Positions 9,230-18,124 of a DNA stretch of 32,000 bases are shown one piece after another. The notes under the pieces were generated by a model, which saw only the letters and a program-made list of their open reading frames with translations, did no database searches and was not told the DNA's origin. The stretch covers positions 17,758 through 49,757 of the forward strand of contig NZ_JAHDSX010000015.1 in NCBI RefSeq assembly GCF_020969955.1, read 5' to 3'. Origin of the DNA: Allobaculum fili. Its GTDB lineage: Bacteria > Bacillota_I > Bacilli_A > Erysipelotrichales > Erysipelotrichaceae. Positions within the stretch are counted from its first letter, which is position 1. Every line of letters starts with the position of its first letter. A program made the translations under genes and the position numbers.

Positions 9230-9684
9230 GATTCTTTTCGCACTCCATCTCTCCAAAAAGTGAAGATCGATATAACGATAGCGAAAAAAAAGCGAATGTC
9301 CCCCTTTTTTACACATTTTGCACAAAATTCTCATGTAAGCACTTACCATTCTTGACAATCGGCGCGCGTTGCTTTCGGTAAGCGCTGTCATTCAGAAGAC
9401 TGAATTTTGTTATTCCGATCCGATTTGCGCATCAGGAATGTCGGATTCTGAACGTAAACTCGAACGGCCGCAGCCGGTACGCCGTTCCATCCAGATCCTT
9501 TAAGAGACGGCTTGGACCGCCAGGCGTATGATAAACAAATTCTGCCCCTGTCTTGGTGAGAGACCATTCGATAGGAAAAGCCCCGAAAACCGTCGGGCGT
9601 TCGGAGCTTCGTTCGATCGATTGGGTATGGGTTTTTGAACCGAATGGATTCTGCTGAAACGACAGGCGTTTTTCTGAATCCGGA

Positions 9685-10590
9685 TTATGCGTTTTCTTCG
9701 GCTTTGGAGAACGCCAGATAGGCTGCACCGATCAGGCCGGAGTCTTCGGAAAGGGTTGTTGTACGCACGTCTACGTAAGGAACAACCGGTCCGTGAACTT
9801 TTTTCTTCACGCGGTCTTCGACGTCTTTCGTGAAGCCTTTGATCTTGGTTGCAACCGAACCGCCGAGGATGACGATTTCCGGGTCGGTGACGGCGATCAG
9901 GCAGGCGATCATGTTGGCCAGGTAATCCTTGGTGTCTTCCATGATTTCCTGAGCGACTGGATTTCCGGCAACGGCGAGATCGTTGACTTCGCCGGCGTGT
10001 TTCACTTCGAGGTTGGCTTTCTGGGCACGAGTTGTAATCGCGGTACCAGAGCAGATGGCTTCGACTGCACCGTTGAGCAGACGTCCGTGCTGCGGACCGT
10101 CTTTCCAGAGAATGCAGTTGGCGATTTCATGGGCGAAACCATGTGCGCCGTCGTAAATTTTCTTATCGATGATCTGGCCGGATCCGACGCCCGTCGAAAT
10201 GGTCAGATACTGAACGTAGCGTTTGTCCTTGCCTTCGCCGACAACCGCTTCCGCCAGTGCGGCCAGGTTGGCGTCATTTTCCAGATAGACCGGAAGGCCA
10301 GTGGCTTCAGAAATGGTCTGCGGAATCGGGAATCCCCACCACGCCTGACCAAGGTTTGGCGTCGTAAGGATGCATCCGTTTTTCAGATCGAGCGGTCCTG
10401 GGCAGGAAATGCCGACACCGACAATGTCCTTGCCAAAGCCTTTAATGGTTTCTGCAATTTTGGAAAAGGTTTCGTTTGGATCTTCCGTATTCGTACGGAA
10501 CTGGACGCGTTCCACAAGGTTGAGGTTTTCGTCCACAAGAGCAACACGCGCATTGGTGCCGCCGATATCAATGCCTACAGCATATTTCAT
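9685..10590 (-). CDS. ROK-family sugar kinase (glucokinase-like)
   Basis: N-terminal ATPase motif is MKYAVGIDIGGTNARVALVD. ENDANLAALAE is present and the layout is full-length ROK. The usual CxCGxxGC zinc motif is not evident. Confidence 0.85.
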   Translation of the reverse strand: MKYAVGIDIGGTNARVALVDENLNLVERVQFRTNTEDPNETFSKIAETIKGFGKDIVGVGISCPGPLDLKNGCILTTPNLGQAWWGFPIPQTISEATGLPVYLENDANLAALAEAVVGEGKDKRYVQYLTISTGVGSGQIIDKKIYDGAHGFAHEIANCILWKDGPQHGRLLNGAVEAICSGTAITTRAQKANLEVKHAGEVNDLAVAGNPVAQEIMEDTKDYLANMIACLIAVTDPEIVILGGSVATKIKGFTKDVEDRVKKKVHGPVVPYVDVRTTTLSEDSGLIGAAYLAFSKAEENA

Positions 10591-10648
10591 AAAATGTCCC
10601 TCCTTGGGCTGACTATGATCAGTTTAACATAGCCAGACGAGCCGGGAA

Positions 10649-11083
10649 TTAAATTCGGCGAACGCCGGACGTACATTGTGCTGCGGGAAGAGAGAGCGTT
10701 CCCGGCATTTCGTCGCGCTGGGATTCGCGGTTTCCCTGCGGAATGAGCGCGGTGATTTCGTCGTCATCGTAGCCGACGACCATTGTGCGTTCCGAAAGCA
10801 TGATCGGCCGCTTTAAAATGGACGGATTGCGCTGAATGAGCACGATCAGCTCGCGAACCGTGTAATCGTTAATGTCTTTTTTCAAAGATTGAAAAGCCTT
10901 GGAACGGGTCGAGATAATATCCGTCGTACCGTTTTCACACCGTGAAAGAAGATATTTGATTTCGGATTCGAGCATTAAGTTGGAAAAGATGTTTTTTTCC
11001 AGATAGGAAATGTGATTTTCTGTTAGCCAGCGTTTTGCTTTCCGGCAGCTGGCGCAGCCAGGGGATGTATAGACAATGACCAT
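10649..11083 (-). CDS. spx: Spx/ArsC-family global regulator Spx
   Basis: MVIVYTSPGCASCRKAKRWL contains the CxxC. STRSKAFQSL and LKRPIM..ERTMVVGYDDDEI are colinear with Spx. The C-terminus is about a dozen residues longer than I expect for Spx. Confidence 0.88.
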   Translation of the reverse strand: MVIVYTSPGCASCRKAKRWLTENHISYLEKNIFSNLMLESEIKYLLSRCENGTTDIISTRSKAFQSLKKDINDYTVRELIVLIQRNPSILKRPIMLSERTMVVGYDDDEITALIPQGNRESQRDEMPGTLSLPAAQCTSGVRRI

Positions 11084-11255
11084 AAGAACCTCGCTTTTTT
11101 GATCTGGTGTTCACCTGCATGCGCTGGCTTTTCCCTTGATCAAATTTACATGTTAATGGTAACACCATAATCCGTACATGTTTGGGAATGTGACTAAATA
11201 AGATTAGAGAATACATCTATTTCTATTTTCGTGCCATTCAGAGGCTTTTCTGCTC

Positions 11256-11284
11256 AAAAACGAAAAAGGCAGGAACTTCCTGCC
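11256..11284 (-). terminator. rho-independent terminator after yloV
   Basis: ggcaggaacttcctgcc hairpin (11268-11284). The minus strand continues TTTTTCGTTTTT. Confidence 0.75.
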
Positions 11285-11392
11285 TCTTTGTGTTTTCTTC
11301 GATTGGTATCGCTCCTTTTGACGGTTCGAAAATGCAGAAATTTTATTTTCTGTGAATTTCAAATCCAATCGATGCGAGCGGTTTATAAACCG

Positions 11393-13039
11393 TTACTCTA
11401 CGCCGATGATGAAGGAGTAGACCGGCTGCCTGCCGCTGTAGACTTCTACTTCCGCGTCGCTGTGATCGGTAATGAACGCAGCCAGCTCATCAGCCTGTTC
11501 TTTCGTGGCGTCTTCGCCGTAAATCAGCGTAACGAGTTCGCTGTCGTCGGCGAGCATTTTGGATAGGAGCGCCTTGGCGGTATCCATTTCGTTTTCATTG
11601 GCTTCCACGATGGCCTTGCCTAAAATCGCCATGTACTGACCGGCTTTGATCGGCAGACCTTCGTACGTCGTATCCTTGATGGCGTAGGTGACTTCGCCGG
11701 ATTTCACGTGCGCGATGGCTTCGTTCATATCGGACAGGTTGTCTTCCAGATCCGCTTCCGGGTTGAACATGACGCAGGCGGAAAGGCCCTGCGGGATCGT
11801 TTTGGCCGGAAGAACATGAACGTCACGGTCTTCGAGAACATCCCCGGCCTGCTGAGCGGCCATGACGATATTGGAGTTGTTCGGGAAAATCAGAACGTGA
11901 TCGCAGTTGAGTTCTTCGATGGCGCTGATGAAGTCTTCCGTGGACGGGTTCATCGTCTGTCCGCCGGAGATGACTTTATCCACGCGCAGATCCTTGAACA
12001 TATCGCGGATGCCGTCACCGGCAGCGACAGCGATCAGACCGTACTTTTTATGCTCCGCCTGTTTTTTCGGCGCAGCGGTATGGGTCTGCTCGTTTTCCTG
12101 ATCGAGAATTTCTTCGTGCTGATCGGTCATGTTTTCGACTTTCAGCTTCACAAAGCGTCCCTGGCGGCGGCCCATTTTCACAGCCACTTCCGGGGTCAGG
12201 GTATGTACGTGAACTTTGACAATGTCTTCGTCCTGTACGCAGACGATCGAGTTGCCGATGGTGGACAGCTCATCGCGGAATTTTTCTTCCGAGAAGTTGC
12301 GCATGCCGCGATCGGACAGCTGAAGAATGAATTCGGTACAGAATCCGTATTCGCCTTCACCCTCGATCTTGGTCTGGCTGGCTTCCGAAGACGATCCAGT
12401 CGACTGTTCGGCTTCGACCGGCTTGCCTTCCATAGCAAGAAGCATACCTTCAAAAATCGCCAGAAGACCGGCACCGCCGGAGTCAACGACACCGACTTCC
12501 TTTAAGACAGGGAGCAGGTCAGGTGTAGTATCCAGAGAAATTTTCGCCTCTTCGACCATTTTGCGCATGACATCGACACAGTCGGTGATGCCTTCGGTCG
12601 CGGTATAGGCGTACGTATAGTCGGCAGCTTCGCGAACGACGGTCAGAATGGTTCCTTCGACCGGACGCATAACGGCTTTGTAGGCGACACGGCTTCCGTT
12701 CACCAGAGCCTGCGCGAGCTGCATGGCATCGATTTCATCGAGATCTTCTACGGCCTGATAAATGCCGCGGAAAATCTGAGAAGTAATAACGCCGGAGTTT
12801 CCGCGTGCGCCCATGAGCAGGCCGCGGGAGAGCACTTTGGCGATCGCGCCGACACCTTTGGCATCGGATTTGAGAGCTTCCTTAACTCCGTTTGAAAAAG
12901 TGAGATACATATTGGTTCCGGTATCGCCGTCCGGAACCGGGAATACGTTCAGCGCATCAATTCTGGCCTGGTTGTTGCCCAGATTGTTCATGCCCGAACG
13001 CAGCATTTCCCGAAAGAGTTTGCCGTCAATAAATTCCAT
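11393..13039 (-). CDS. yloV: DAK2-domain fusion protein YloV (DhaL-like N-terminus plus DegV/EDD-like C-terminus)
   Basis: 548 aa. The VFPVPDGDTGTNM motif lies near the N-terminus. The gene sits immediately downstream of an Asp23-family gene, as in the conserved yloU-yloV pair. Confidence 0.88.
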   Translation of the reverse strand: MEFIDGKLFREMLRSGMNNLGNNQARIDALNVFPVPDGDTGTNMYLTFSNGVKEALKSDAKGVGAIAKVLSRGLLMGARGNSGVITSQIFRGIYQAVEDLDEIDAMQLAQALVNGSRVAYKAVMRPVEGTILTVVREAADYTYAYTATEGITDCVDVMRKMVEEAKISLDTTPDLLPVLKEVGVVDSGGAGLLAIFEGMLLAMEGKPVEAEQSTGSSSEASQTKIEGEGEYGFCTEFILQLSDRGMRNFSEEKFRDELSTIGNSIVCVQDEDIVKVHVHTLTPEVAVKMGRRQGRFVKLKVENMTDQHEEILDQENEQTHTAAPKKQAEHKKYGLIAVAAGDGIRDMFKDLRVDKVISGGQTMNPSTEDFISAIEELNCDHVLIFPNNSNIVMAAQQAGDVLEDRDVHVLPAKTIPQGLSACVMFNPEADLEDNLSDMNEAIAHVKSGEVTYAIKDTTYEGLPIKAGQYMAILGKAIVEANENEMDTAKALLSKMLADDSELVTLIYGEDATKEQADELAAFITDHSDAEVEVYSGRQPVYSFIIGVE

Positions 13040-13054
13040 TGTTCTAAAGGCTCC

Positions 13055-13414
13055 TTACTTAATTGCTTTCACGCCCTGAACAAAGATATTGACTGCTTCA
13101 ACTTTAACTTCCAGGGTTTTTTCCAGTACGTAGCGCACGCGCTGCTGCGCAGCAAGCATCACTTCGGAAAGCTTGATGCCCTGCATGGCGATGACATAGA
13201 TATCGAGAATCAGAGAATTTCCATCCTGACGCACGATGACGCCGCGGGAGTAGTTGTCCCGTTTGAGCAACTCAGCCCAGCCGTCCTTAAGCAGCTTCTG
13301 GCTGGCCATGCCAATAATTCCGTAGCATTCATTGATCGTACCGCCCACGAGATTGGCGATGGCGTCGAGAGAAATTTCAATCTCTCCGTATTCTGTAGAT
13401 TTATGAATCGGCAT
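13055..13414 (-). CDS. yloU: Asp23/Gls24-family envelope stress protein
   Basis: Start at MPIHKSTEYGEIEISLDAIANLVGG, with AGGAGG upstream (aggaggcaaaactATG). Size is ~119 aa and it is paired with yloV. Confidence 0.82.
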   Translation of the reverse strand: MPIHKSTEYGEIEISLDAIANLVGGTINECYGIIGMASQKLLKDGWAELLKRDNYSRGVIVRQDGNSLILDIYVIAMQGIKLSEVMLAAQQRVRYVLEKTLEVKVEAVNIFVQGVKAIK

Positions 13415-13439
13415 AGTTTTGCCTCCTGTTTTCCATGTG

Positions 13440-13463
13440 AAAAAGCGGTGCATGCTGCACCGC
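13440..13463 (-). terminator. rho-independent terminator after divIB
   Basis: gcggtgca-tgc-tgcaccgc hairpin (13445-13463). The minus strand continues TTTTTCAC. Confidence 0.7.
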
Positions 13464-13542
13464 TGTCATTATATCGACTTTTCATTGGAAATAAAAATCC
13501 TACAGACCGGCGAAGAAAACCGCTGGACCGTCATTTTTGACA

Positions 13543-14793
13543 TCAGATCGGATAGAACGTATCCGAAGCGGCGTCATACGTGTAAACCGTTCCCGAGTCC
13601 ATCGCACGGAAAAGATTCGTAGACGGCGAATACTGAATGTTATCGACCGCGCTCGGCTCCCAGTCATTGATCGCTGCAACGTTCACCTGCATCGTGCCGT
13701 TTGGCGTCTGAATGGTCTGAATGCCGCTGTACAGTTCCGGAACATACGGATAGGTATACACCGAATCTTCGGAGCTGGCCTGGCTGTCCCTGTTTTCGGA
13801 ATCTTCTTTTTTGTCGTCTTCGGACTTCTTTTGAGAATCCTTGTTTTCGTCTTTTTTGTCGTCCTCCTTGCTGGACTGGCTGGAGGAATAATTCGGGTCG
13901 ATTACGCTCTTTGGAATTTCGCGGTTTCCGGCGCGTTCTTCCGGAGAGAGGTACAGGTACGAACAGGAAACTTTATTTACGACGGAGTTTTCCCCATCGA
14001 GAATGAGGCAGACCTGTTCGCCCTGCAAATGTTCAAGGACCTGATTGTACGTCGTCATCATGAACAGAGAAGGAAGGGCGGTAAAAACGGTATTGCCGTC
14101 CTTGAGCACGAGCTTCAGCATGTTTTTGTCATACGTCTCGGCCCAGGGCTGAATTTCCGCGATCCGGTCAAACACCTGGCGGGTGAGCTGCTTCGGATAC
14201 TTTCGCACCTGCTCGCAAAGCGATTCAATCGTCTCGTCGCTTAAGGAACTGAGCAGCGGATAGTGGACGAGCGTTTTATAGAGTGCATCGCTGTTTACCG
14301 GAATCTTTTCATTCTGGTCGGTAATGAGCGTGACCTGATCGCCGTCCTGCGTATAGCCGACAATCATTTCTTCTTCTATGGCAATGCGAATATCGTTTCC
14401 GTTTTTGGTGACATCGGCGCTGCGGATGAGCGGATTTTCTTCGAGCCGGGTGGCAATCGCGCTAGGCGACGAAAGACCGATCAGCCCGCTTTCTGATACA
14501 TCGGCCAGCGCGTAAATCTGCGATTTGGAATAGTAGTAGTTTCCTTCGCAGGACAGCACCCGCACCTCAAAGGCCCGCGTAAACGGGAAGATGCAGACGG
14601 CTGCCATCGCAAAAATCGCCCACGCAGCCCATACCCAGTTCACATTGCGTCTGGGTTTTGGCTTGTGCGGTTTATAGTCGTCTTCCTCGTCATGGCTTCG
14701 CAGCGATTCGAGAAAGGCTTTCCCCTTATTCATAATGCTGGTGTGTTTATCAGGATCCACTCTGGGTGTTGGTTTCGAGCTCGAGCTGGGCAT
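13543..14793 (-). CDS. divIB: cell-division protein DivIB/FtsQ with extra C-terminal linker and domain
   Basis: Short cytoplasmic N-terminus, TM helix WVWAAWAIFAMAAVCIF, and a POTRA-like segment (FEVRVLSCEGNYYYSKSQIYALADV...IRIAIEEEMIVGY). It lies directly after murB. The start is uncertain: 14793 overlaps murB by 44 nt and has an AAAGGA RBS, and 14733 is the alternative. Confidence 0.75.
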   Translation of the reverse strand: MPSSSSKPTPRVDPDKHTSIMNKGKAFLESLRSHDEEDDYKPHKPKPRRNVNWVWAAWAIFAMAAVCIFPFTRAFEVRVLSCEGNYYYSKSQIYALADVSESGLIGLSSPSAIATRLEENPLIRSADVTKNGNDIRIAIEEEMIVGYTQDGDQVTLITDQNEKIPVNSDALYKTLVHYPLLSSLSDETIESLCEQVRKYPKQLTRQVFDRIAEIQPWAETYDKNMLKLVLKDGNTVFTALPSLFMMTTYNQVLEHLQGEQVCLILDGENSVVNKVSCSYLYLSPEERAGNREIPKSVIDPNYSSSQSSKEDDKKDENKDSQKKSEDDKKEDSENRDSQASSEDSVYTYPYVPELYSGIQTIQTPNGTMQVNVAAINDWEPSAVDNIQYSPSTNLFRAMDSGTVYTYDAASDTFYPI

Positions 14794-15688
14794 CCCAATT
14801 GATCCTTTCTACTTCGGTAATCAGCTGGACGCCCAGTTTTTTCAGGGCCGCCTGCTGAATGGAGCGAATCAGCGTATCCACGTCGCGCGCAGTCGCTTTT
14901 CCCTCCTCGTTGATAATGAAGTTTGAATGCATTTCACTGACTTTGGCGCCGCCGCAGTATTTTCCGCGAAATCCCAGTGCGTCCACCACTTCCCAGGCGG
15001 ACCCGATCGAAGGGTTGCGAAAAACCGATCCGGCGGAAGGCTTGGATACCGGCTGACTCGTCAGACGGCGCTGCTTTCGCGAATCCATCAGGGCACGGAT
15101 TTCTTCCTGATCCCCTTTTTCCAGACGCAAAGTGGCTCCAAGTACAATCCAGTGCTTCTTTTTCTGGAAAATGGAATGGCGGTATTCGAAGCCGATCTCT
15201 TCCTTGGACAGCACCCGGATCTGGGTCCCGTCGAGAATGGTGACCGTTTCAATCAGCCGCGAAAGATCCGAGCGATAGGCGCCGGCGTTCATATAGACAC
15301 CGCCGCCAAGCGTTCCGGGAATGCCGTAGGCAAATTCCAGACCGGTCAGCGACTCTTTCATCGCCGACTGACTGATCGCGATCAGCGAGCATCCGGCCCT
15401 GGCTTCAAGGATTTCGCCATGAAAGGCGTAGGCGCAAAATTCGCCGGTCAGTTTGATAATGACCCCGTGATAGGGCGCATCCGAGGCCAGTACGTTGCTT
15501 CCGTTGCCCAGAACCATCCAGGGAATCTTCTTTTCGTCTAAAAGCGAAACGAGATTCTGAAGATCATTCTGGGTATCGACTTCCACGAGAAAATCAGCGG
15601 GCCCGCCGATTTTATACGTGGTATGGCGGCACAGCGGCTCGCCGCATTTGACTCGTCCAAACGCCGCGAGCACAGATTCTTCGATCAT
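14750..15688 (-). CDS. murB: UDP-N-acetylenolpyruvoylglucosamine reductase
   Basis: 312 aa, colinear with MurB: TTYKIGGPADFLVEV, GNGSNVL, GLEFAYGIPGTLGGGVYMNAGAY, SVFRNP. Confidence 0.93.
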   Translation of the reverse strand: MIEESVLAAFGRVKCGEPLCRHTTYKIGGPADFLVEVDTQNDLQNLVSLLDEKKIPWMVLGNGSNVLASDAPYHGVIIKLTGEFCAYAFHGEILEARAGCSLIAISQSAMKESLTGLEFAYGIPGTLGGGVYMNAGAYRSDLSRLIETVTILDGTQIRVLSKEEIGFEYRHSIFQKKKHWIVLGATLRLEKGDQEEIRALMDSRKQRRLTSQPVSKPSAGSVFRNPSIGSAWEVVDALGFRGKYCGGAKVSEMHSNFIINEEGKATARDVDTLIRSIQQAALKKLGVQLITEVERINWDAQLELETNTQSGS

Positions 15689-15691
15689 GGC

Positions 15692-16780
15692 TTATTTTTC
15701 CTGACCGGAAATAATCGAATTGGCCCATGCGATCATATCCTGTGCTGCGTGCGGCTTGCCGGCTTTAAGGGCATGCGCTTTGAGAGACTGTCTTTTGTTC
15801 TCATCGAGAAACGCCGTTTCAATCGCTTTGGAAAGGCTATCGGCATTGAGGTCCTTTTCTTCCAGCATGATGGCGGCGTCTTCATCTACTAACATTTTCG
15901 CGTTGTAGTACTGATGATTTTCCGCCACATACGGGCTGGGAATAATGACAGCCGGAATGCCGAGAGCGGTCAGTTCCGCAAGCGTTGTGGCGCCGGCGCG
16001 GCAGACCATTCCGTCCAGCATGCCGTAAAGACGAAGCGCATCCACATACGGAACCGTATGAACGTTTTTGAATTCATCAAACGAATGCAGCGCGTCGGCG
16101 TTGTCCTTGCCGCAGGCGTAGACAATCTGCAGCGACGGATCAACTTTCGACAGCGCCTCTTTCATCAGTTTGTTGATGGAAGAACTGCCAAGCGAGCCCA
16201 TGACGATCAGAATCGTCGGCAGACTCGGATCCAGATTCAGTTCCTTAAAGTAGGCTTCATCTTTTTTCACGCGAGCAGCCAGACTGGCGCGCGGATTGCC
16301 GAGCAGGCAGGCTTTTTTATCGCCAAACTCCTTCTGCGCCTTGTCATAGCACGTGACAATGCCGGCAGCTTTGGAAGCCACCAGCTTATTGGCTTTTCCA
16401 ATGACGGAATTCTGCTCATGAAGCATGAACGGAATGCCTAAAGAGGAAGCGGCCATAGCCGCCGGTGCGGTCACGTAACCGCCAAATCCGATCACCAGAT
16501 CGGGCTTTTCTTCTTTCAGATACTTTTTTGCTTTCGAACGGGCTTTGAACATCTTTAAAACAGCTTTGATCTTATTGACAAAGCTGCCGGCCAGACCGGA
16601 GGCGTGAACTGGCAAAAAGCGATAGCCGGCTGCAGGGACAATCTGCGCTTCCATGCGGTCATCGTTTCCGATAAAGAAAATATCGGTATCCGGTTCCTGT
16701 TCTTTCCATATTTGAGCGAGGGCTAAAGCGGGATAAATGTGTCCTCCCGTTCCCCCGGTGACTATACATATTTTTTTCAT
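15692..16780 (-). CDS. murG: undecaprenyldiphospho-muramoylpentapeptide beta-N-acetylglucosaminyltransferase
   Basis: Start at MKKICIVTGGTGGHIYPALALA (cat at 16778-16780). The GT28 layout is present, and the gene ends 3 nt before the murB start. Confidence 0.93.
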   Translation of the reverse strand: MKKICIVTGGTGGHIYPALALAQIWKEQEPDTDIFFIGNDDRMEAQIVPAAGYRFLPVHASGLAGSFVNKIKAVLKMFKARSKAKKYLKEEKPDLVIGFGGYVTAPAAMAASSLGIPFMLHEQNSVIGKANKLVASKAAGIVTCYDKAQKEFGDKKACLLGNPRASLAARVKKDEAYFKELNLDPSLPTILIVMGSLGSSSINKLMKEALSKVDPSLQIVYACGKDNADALHSFDEFKNVHTVPYVDALRLYGMLDGMVCRAGATTLAELTALGIPAVIIPSPYVAENHQYYNAKMLVDEDAAIMLEEKDLNADSLSKAIETAFLDENKRQSLKAHALKAGKPHAAQDMIAWANSIISGQEK

Positions 16781-16895
16781 AGGGATCGGGCTTAGTATAT
16801 CATCTGAAAAGAGAGGCCGACAAAGTCTTAGCGGATTGTAACAATTCCCTCCTGCCTTGTCCCCTTCCCTTACCGATCGAACGATACAGCGCAAC

Positions 16896-16925
16896 CCCCC
16901 GGCGTGCATCCAGGCACGCCGGGGG
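16896..16925 (-). terminator. GC-rich hairpin after paralog A (weak T-tail)
   Basis: Perfect 12-bp stem cccccggcgtgc (16896-16907) / gcacgccggggg (16914-16925). Only GTTG follows on the minus strand, so termination efficiency is unclear. Confidence 0.5.
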
Positions 16926-16948
16926 TTATGTATCCATTCGAAATTTCT

Positions 16949-18124
16949 TCAGCGCCGATGCAAGGATCGGATCGCTTCTTTGTTGATATATATCGTTTTA
17001 ATACAGGCAGCAGAAAAGCCGCTGTCGGTCATCAGCTGAATGAGATCGTTTTCCGTCAAATCATACGTATGACCTGCTTCATCGGGGACATAGAGACGAT
17101 ACGTCATGTATCCGGATTCATCCCTTTCACTACCATAAATCAGGCCGTACATGTTCGAGTTGCCGGTCTGGAAATTTACGCAGACGATCGTGGGATAGCC
17201 TATGCTCAGATTCGTATCGATCGAATTGTACAGAGCCTCTATGTGCGCCGCGGTCAGCTGATAGAGTTCCAGATACACGCCGGTATACATTGCGCTGATG
17301 CCATTGACATCAAAAGCACGGGTCAGATAGCCTGCCAGCTTCTCGTAATCGCTGACGCCATCGATCATGACGCTATTGGCGATTTCTTCCTGACTGGAAA
17401 CGATGCCCTTGTATTCGAGAATGATCTGGGGGACCGCCGGACCTGTGTAATTGGATTTTTCCCGGGTGATATGCGCCAGCGGCAGCGTGTCAGCCGAGCT
17501 GGAAGGACTCTCATACGAATCGTCACGATTGGAATCATTCGGCGAAGAGGAAGGCTCTTCTGCACTCGTCACGTTTCCTGTCCGATCTTCCCCATCGGAA
17601 GGAATGAACGCCGACGTTTCCTCTTGTGCGGAATTGCGATCTTCCTGCTGACTTTCCAGTTTTTTGTTTACGGCTGCGGTCTGGTCAGAAAGATGATCAC
17701 TGGACGCATTCGAATTTCGTCCAAAAACGAATACACCGATCAGAACAGCCGCCACAAATAATGCCGCAATACCAATGCCCGCATACAGACCTGTTTTCTT
17801 TTTGGTCTTTGAAGTCGCTGGCATGGCGCGTGGGTTCAAAGATGTCTGCGCCCGATTTGGCGCGGCCTGTACAGGGCGCCCTGCAGCTGCACGCGGACTG
17901 GCCTGAGAGGGCTGCTGCGGTTTTGACCGCTTTGGCAGAGCGCTTCCGCAGCGTCGGCAGTAAACATCGTTTGCATTATTTGGGGTATCGCAGTTGGGAC
18001 AGATGAGCGGCCGATCGGATTTCGTCTGTTCTGGCTCTGAAGCCTGCGCGAAAGGCGTACCGCAGCGCTCGCAGAAACGGCTGTCCTCCCGGTTTGGCGT
18101 ACTGCAATTTGGACACTTCTTCAT
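16949..18124 (-). CDS. membrane protein paralog A: double zinc ribbon, one TM helix, low-complexity linker, C39-like-fold C-terminal domain
   Basis: Start at MKKCPNCS, with AAAGGA RBS, identical in context to paralog B. There are two CxxC...CxxC ribbons (CPNC..CERC, CPNC..CRRC) and TM helix GLYAGIGIAALFVAAVLIGVFVF. The C-terminal ~175 aa begin LPLAHITREKSNYTGPAVPQIILEYKG. Confidence 0.8.
   Translation of the reverse strand: MKKCPNCSTPNREDSRFCERCGTPFAQASEPEQTKSDRPLICPNCDTPNNANDVYCRRCGSALPKRSKPQQPSQASPRAAAGRPVQAAPNRAQTSLNPRAMPATSKTKKKTGLYAGIGIAALFVAAVLIGVFVFGRNSNASSDHLSDQTAAVNKKLESQQEDRNSAQEETSAFIPSDGEDRTGNVTSAEEPSSSPNDSNRDDSYESPSSSADTLPLAHITREKSNYTGPAVPQIILEYKGIVSSQEEIANSVMIDGVSDYEKLAGYLTRAFDVNGISAMYTGVYLELYQLTAAHIEALYNSIDTNLSIGYPTIVCVNFQTGNSNMYGLIYGSERDESGYMTYRLYVPDEAGHTYDLTENDLIQLMTDSGFSAACIKTIYINKEAIRSLHRR

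Noticed and set aside
8417-9391. Long N-terminal extensions offered by the ORF track (9391 for the phosphoesterase, 16909 for murG, 18244 for paralog A, 23045 for GNAT, 13453 for Asp23, 2580 and 4642 for the two hypothetical genes)
   Set aside because: In each case an internal ATG is preceded by a good Shine-Dalgarno sequence. It coincides with the start of the conserved family sequence, or with the start shared by the paralog.
9432-9728. 98-aa minus-strand ORF as an independent gene
   Set aside because: Its only start codon lies inside the ROK gene in another frame, and there is no RBS. Only the distal part looks protein-like, so it is better treated as a possible gene remnant (see the finding on 7465-9684).
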